29,166 bases of DNA from positions 1 to 29,166 of IMG/VR virus record IMGVR_UViG_3300028198_000012; one strand, given 5' to 3'. Position numbers and translations under genes: made by a program. The notes beneath the pieces are model-generated. The model had not been told where the DNA came from. It searched no databases and worked only from the letters and a program-made list of their open reading frames with translations. Positions 26,265-29,166 of this stretch are shown piece after piece; positions within the stretch are counted from its first letter, which is position 1; each line of letters opens with the position of its first letter. This DNA is from a virus. Lineage: Duplodnaviria > Caudoviricetes.

Positions 26265-26468
26265 TTAGAAGTTTTTATCGTTTTCTACTTGCATATCTCG
26301 TAAATTTCGTGCTTTTGCCCTTAATACCATCTTTCTCTTCTTCAAAGAGGGTTTTGTATAGTATGATCTCTCACTTAAATCATACAATATTCTGGAATCT
26401 TTTATCTTCCGTTTGAATATTCTTAAAGCTTTTTCTACATTATTATTCTTTACTTTTACTTCTATCAA
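26265..26468 (-). CDS. rpsU: Phage-encoded 30S ribosomal protein bS21
   Basis: 67 aa, basic: V.VKNNNVEKALRIFKRK......L.....R.YYTKPSLKKR is the bS21 signature. TTG start with GAGG RBS. Confidence 0.9.
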   Translation of the reverse strand: MIEVKVKNNNVEKALRIFKRKIKDSRILYDLSERSYYTKPSLKKRKMVLRAKARNLRDMQVENDKNF

Positions 26469-26492
26469 GTGTAACCTCTATTATTTATATAA

Positions 26493-27245
26493 TTATTTTT
26501 GCCATCTACGATCAAATTGTCGTAAACTAACTCTTTTAAATTGTTTTTTTATTTCTCTATATGGATCATATATTTTTGGTTTAATGGATTCTGTTATTGG
26601 TTTATACTTCTTACCATCTATTGTAATTTCACCCATATCACCAAATTCATCTTCCATATCTTTCATTGCTTGTGCTCTAGCGGCTTCTTCATCATCGGGG
26701 TCTCCACGAGTAGGATCATCATCAAGTGCTGTATCTAAGTTATCAATATCATCGGGGTCATCTTCAAAATCTCTACCAGGAGCACCCGTAAGAGATGAAC
26801 CTTTCTCAGAGTCGTCTTCTGGAGTATCATCAAGTTCACGAGAACCTGGTACTACTCCCATATCGTAATCATCTTCGTCATCGTCAAAATCTCTTTCGAA
26901 ATCTCCACCACCTAATTTACCTACTGGTTCTTTCTCTGGTTTCTCTTCTTTATCTGGGGTAAATTTACCTTTTTCATCATCTTTACCTTTTACATATTTT
27001 CCATCATCTGTTTTTTTGAAAGTGGGTGCAGTTTTATCATCTTCTTTACCCTTTTCTTTATATTTTCCCCAACCAACGGATACATACTTATCATCATCAT
27101 TTGTTGGGTCAGCTTCAGAAACTACAGCGTGACCGTCTCCACAATCTTCGTCATCGTAAGATTCACCCATATAATCTTCTAACGTGGGTAAGGATTCACC
27201 AAATTTTCTATTAGTCCAAGTGGACTCTTTTAATAGTGGTTTCAT
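26493..27245 (-). CDS. Acidic low-complexity protein, probable head-internal protein
   Basis: Probable start ATG 27245 (MKPLLKES), 1 nt after the upstream stop. Rich in Asp/Glu/Lys. Lies between the protease and scaffold genes. Confidence 0.7.
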   Translation of the reverse strand: MKPLLKESTWTNRKFGESLPTLEDYMGESYDDEDCGDGHAVVSEADPTNDDDKYVSVGWGKYKEKGKEDDKTAPTFKKTDDGKYVKGKDDEKGKFTPDKEEKPEKEPVGKLGGGDFERDFDDDEDDYDMGVVPGSRELDDTPEDDSEKGSSLTGAPGRDFEDDPDDIDNLDTALDDDPTRGDPDDEEAARAQAMKDMEDEFGDMGEITIDGKKYKPITESIKPKIYDPYREIKKQFKRVSLRQFDRRWQK

Positions 27246-27246
27246 T

Positions 27247-27594
27247 TTAATCATTATCATACTCCAAAGAATAATCTTCATTTCCAAATTTATCCCAAGA
27301 TGCAACTGCACCATTGAAATCTTCATATTTTTCGCCTGTATTAACCACTCTCTTTATCACTTGTAATCTTTGTATATTTTTATCCCTATCACCTTTATAT
27401 GGATCGTCTGCGGTTGGATAACTTAACTGTCTATATCCACCCTTCTCGAACCAAGGTTCAGGTTTATTCATATTTACACCTAATACGCGGTCTTTACCTG
27501 CTAATGTCCATCCAGTATCGGGTTCTCCACCATCTGCTTTATATGATACAACATTAGTTGAAACTTCTTTCAAAATGTCCATCAATTTAATCAC
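27247..27594 (-). CDS. Hypothetical head-region protein
   Basis: Probable GTG start at 27594 giving MIKLMDILKE; the start is uncertain (27606 and 27582 are alternatives). Confidence 0.65.
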   Translation of the reverse strand: MIKLMDILKEVSTNVVSYKADGGEPDTGWTLAGKDRVLGVNMNKPEPWFEKGGYRQLSYPTADDPYKGDRDKNIQRLQVIKRVVNTGEKYEDFNGAVASWDKFGNEDYSLEYDND

Positions 27595-28237
27595 TCTCGT
27601 TATCACCCTGCCAATTTTTATCTATATAATTAAAGAATTTTGATTTTGCCTCATCACCCAATTCATCAGGAGAACCAACACCAAACTTCTTTAACGCGGC
27701 TTGAAAAAATTTCTCATATTCTTCTTTACCACCAGATTCTTCATTGACTTCATAGTATCTACCTACAATATGTCCCATATCTTCATATAGTGCACTCATT
27801 CTTTCTTGTAATCCTTGTGCTTCATTTGCAATTTTACTAAATTGACCTGAGAGAGAACCTAAATCTTTCATATTACGATTGATTGTAATTTTATCAAACC
27901 ATTCTTCGGTTTCTCTTAAGGTATGAGTTCTTGCAGTCTTTGCAATATTAGCTAACTTTTCAGCAACTGATCTTATATCATTTTCACGATAAATATGTTT
28001 ACCCAAAGAACCAAAATTTCTAACATCTTCTAAAAACTGAGATTCGTCAATTTCTTGTTCTTCGTGGCCATCCTCGTGGTCTTCTGGTATTAAAGACGAC
28101 AATCTAATATCAGAGTTCACATCTTCAGTAGAAATTTTAGTCTTAAACATATCAAGATTTGAAAAGGCTGGTTTATTAACTACCCCACCCACCATAAAAT
28201 TTTCTACTATTTGTTTTAATTTAATTTTCTTTGACAT
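27587..28237 (-). CDS. Hypothetical head-region (prohead core-like) protein
   Basis: 216 aa, helical, AGGAG RBS, N-terminal IKLKQIVE. Confidence 0.75.
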   Translation of the reverse strand: MSKKIKLKQIVENFMVGGVVNKPAFSNLDMFKTKISTEDVNSDIRLSSLIPEDHEDGHEEQEIDESQFLEDVRNFGSLGKHIYRENDIRSVAEKLANIAKTARTHTLRETEEWFDKITINRNMKDLGSLSGQFSKIANEAQGLQERMSALYEDMGHIVGRYYEVNEESGGKEEYEKFFQAALKKFGVGSPDELGDEAKSKFFNYIDKNWQGDNESD

Positions 28238-28255
28238 TATATGTCTCCTATTATC

Positions 28256-28660
28256 TCAATTTGAGTATCTTCTAAATTTATCTCTTACTTTATGCCACAA
28301 TTGCTTTATAAAATCTTCTTCACCAAAATGGGTTCTTCTAATATCCCCTTGATTAAGTCCTCTTACTAAATCCAATGCCTCATACTTATGACTTTTTACT
28401 CCATTCATCATAGTCTTAATTACTTTCTGTGATGCCTTTCCTAAAATCTGTGACATTACATTTAAATCTTTATCAACGAATTGTTGTGCTTCAGGTGAAC
28501 TAAATGGCTTACCATATTCGGCTTCATCTAATTCAATTAAATGTTGTTTAAATTTTCTATGACTAAATTCTTCGTTAGTTGATTTTTTAGATTCATCTAC
28601 TTCAATTCCATCTTTTTCAAGTAAAAATCTTTTAAATTCTCTATGACTAAAGTCACCCAT
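28256..28660 (-). CDS. Hypothetical head-region protein with duplicated N-terminal motif
   Basis: 134 aa with FSHREFKRFLLE and FSHRKFKQHLIE; coupled to the protease stop. Confidence 0.7.
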   Translation of the reverse strand: MGDFSHREFKRFLLEKDGIEVDESKKSTNEEFSHRKFKQHLIELDEAEYGKPFSSPEAQQFVDKDLNVMSQILGKASQKVIKTMMNGVKSHKYEALDLVRGLNQGDIRRTHFGEEDFIKQLWHKVRDKFRRYSN

Positions 28661-29166
28661 TATTCACCCCTAATAATCTTATTAATCATATCTTCTGCTT
28701 TACAATATGTTCCACAAGTTCTTCCTTGTGCTTTAGTTGTTCTATCTACACCCTCAGACATTGGATACATAAAAGCACCTTGTGTAGAAGGATTAGATAC
28801 GAAATCAAATGCTATCAATTCAAAATCTGGTTGTACTTGTTGTAAATCTTCTCCATCTGCTTCACTAACTGTTTCTACTGAACCCATCCCACGAGACGAA
28901 ATTCCGAGTTTAATTCCTGCTTTAAATAATTCTTTTAATATATTACCACTTGGTGTACCCAATACTTCAACCGTACCAAGTAAATCATCCCCCAACCAAT
29001 GCATCTCTTTAATATTATGTGAAACATTCTGTAGGTTCACCACAGATGAATCTGGGTGGTCTAATTCCCCCATAGCCCGACGTTCTTTAATATAGGTGGT
29101 TGTATACTTCTTAGCCTCTCTTACTAAAACTTCACGTGGATAAACTCTACCATTTTGGTTTTTAGC
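28660..29166 (-). CDS. Prohead core protease (T4 gp21-like), 5' end outside the window
   Basis: The frame stays open to the window edge: KNQNGRVYPREVL...ERRAMGELDHP...VSH...TPSGNILK....G..LGISSRGMGS...DFVSNPST.GA. Confidence 0.93.
   Translation of the reverse strand, partial: AKNQNGRVYPREVLVREAKKYTTTYIKERRAMGELDHPDSSVVNLQNVSHNIKEMHWLGDDLLGTVEVLGTPSGNILKELFKAGIKLGISSRGMGSVETVSEADGEDLQQVQPDFELIAFDFVSNPSTQGAFMYPMSEGVDRTTKAQGRTCGTYCKAEDMINKIIRGE

Noticed and set aside
1-29166. Stop-codon reassignment
   Set aside because: Conserved genes are full length in code 11, and TAG/TGA stops coincide with neighbouring gene starts (e.g. 19891, 18521, 15953).

Overview
This AT-rich window is the virion-morphogenesis region of a large T4-like (contractile-tailed) bacteriophage, read almost entirely on the minus strand. 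Gene order from the right end: prohead protease (partial), four acidic probable head-internal proteins, a phage-encoded ribosomal protein bS21, scaffold, major capsid protein, two tandem Hint-fold proteins lacking catalytic residues, gp13/gp14/gp15-like neck and tail-terminator proteins, about 14 kb of Ser/Gly/Thr-rich virion and fibre genes (one with a peptidase S74 chaperone), tail sheath, tail tube and a small membrane protein (partial). A 1.9-kb plus-strand island (about 15080-16983) interrupts the late region. It carries three copies of a TTGACT-N18-TATATT promoter and six small ORFs. The least explained signals are (i) a three-way-junction RNA resembling the glnA glutamine riboswitch directly in front of a fibre gene RBS (8971-9029), (ii) the paired pseudo-Hint genes, (iii) a two-state RNA leader ahead of the scaffold/capsid genes, (iv) a structured RNA at the start of the island, (v) a candidate late promoter ATATTTAT, the reverse complement of the T4 late box, and (vi) a virion-wide [ST]-[GA]-S motif. 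All family calls come from visual motif recognition; no searches or folding programs were run.
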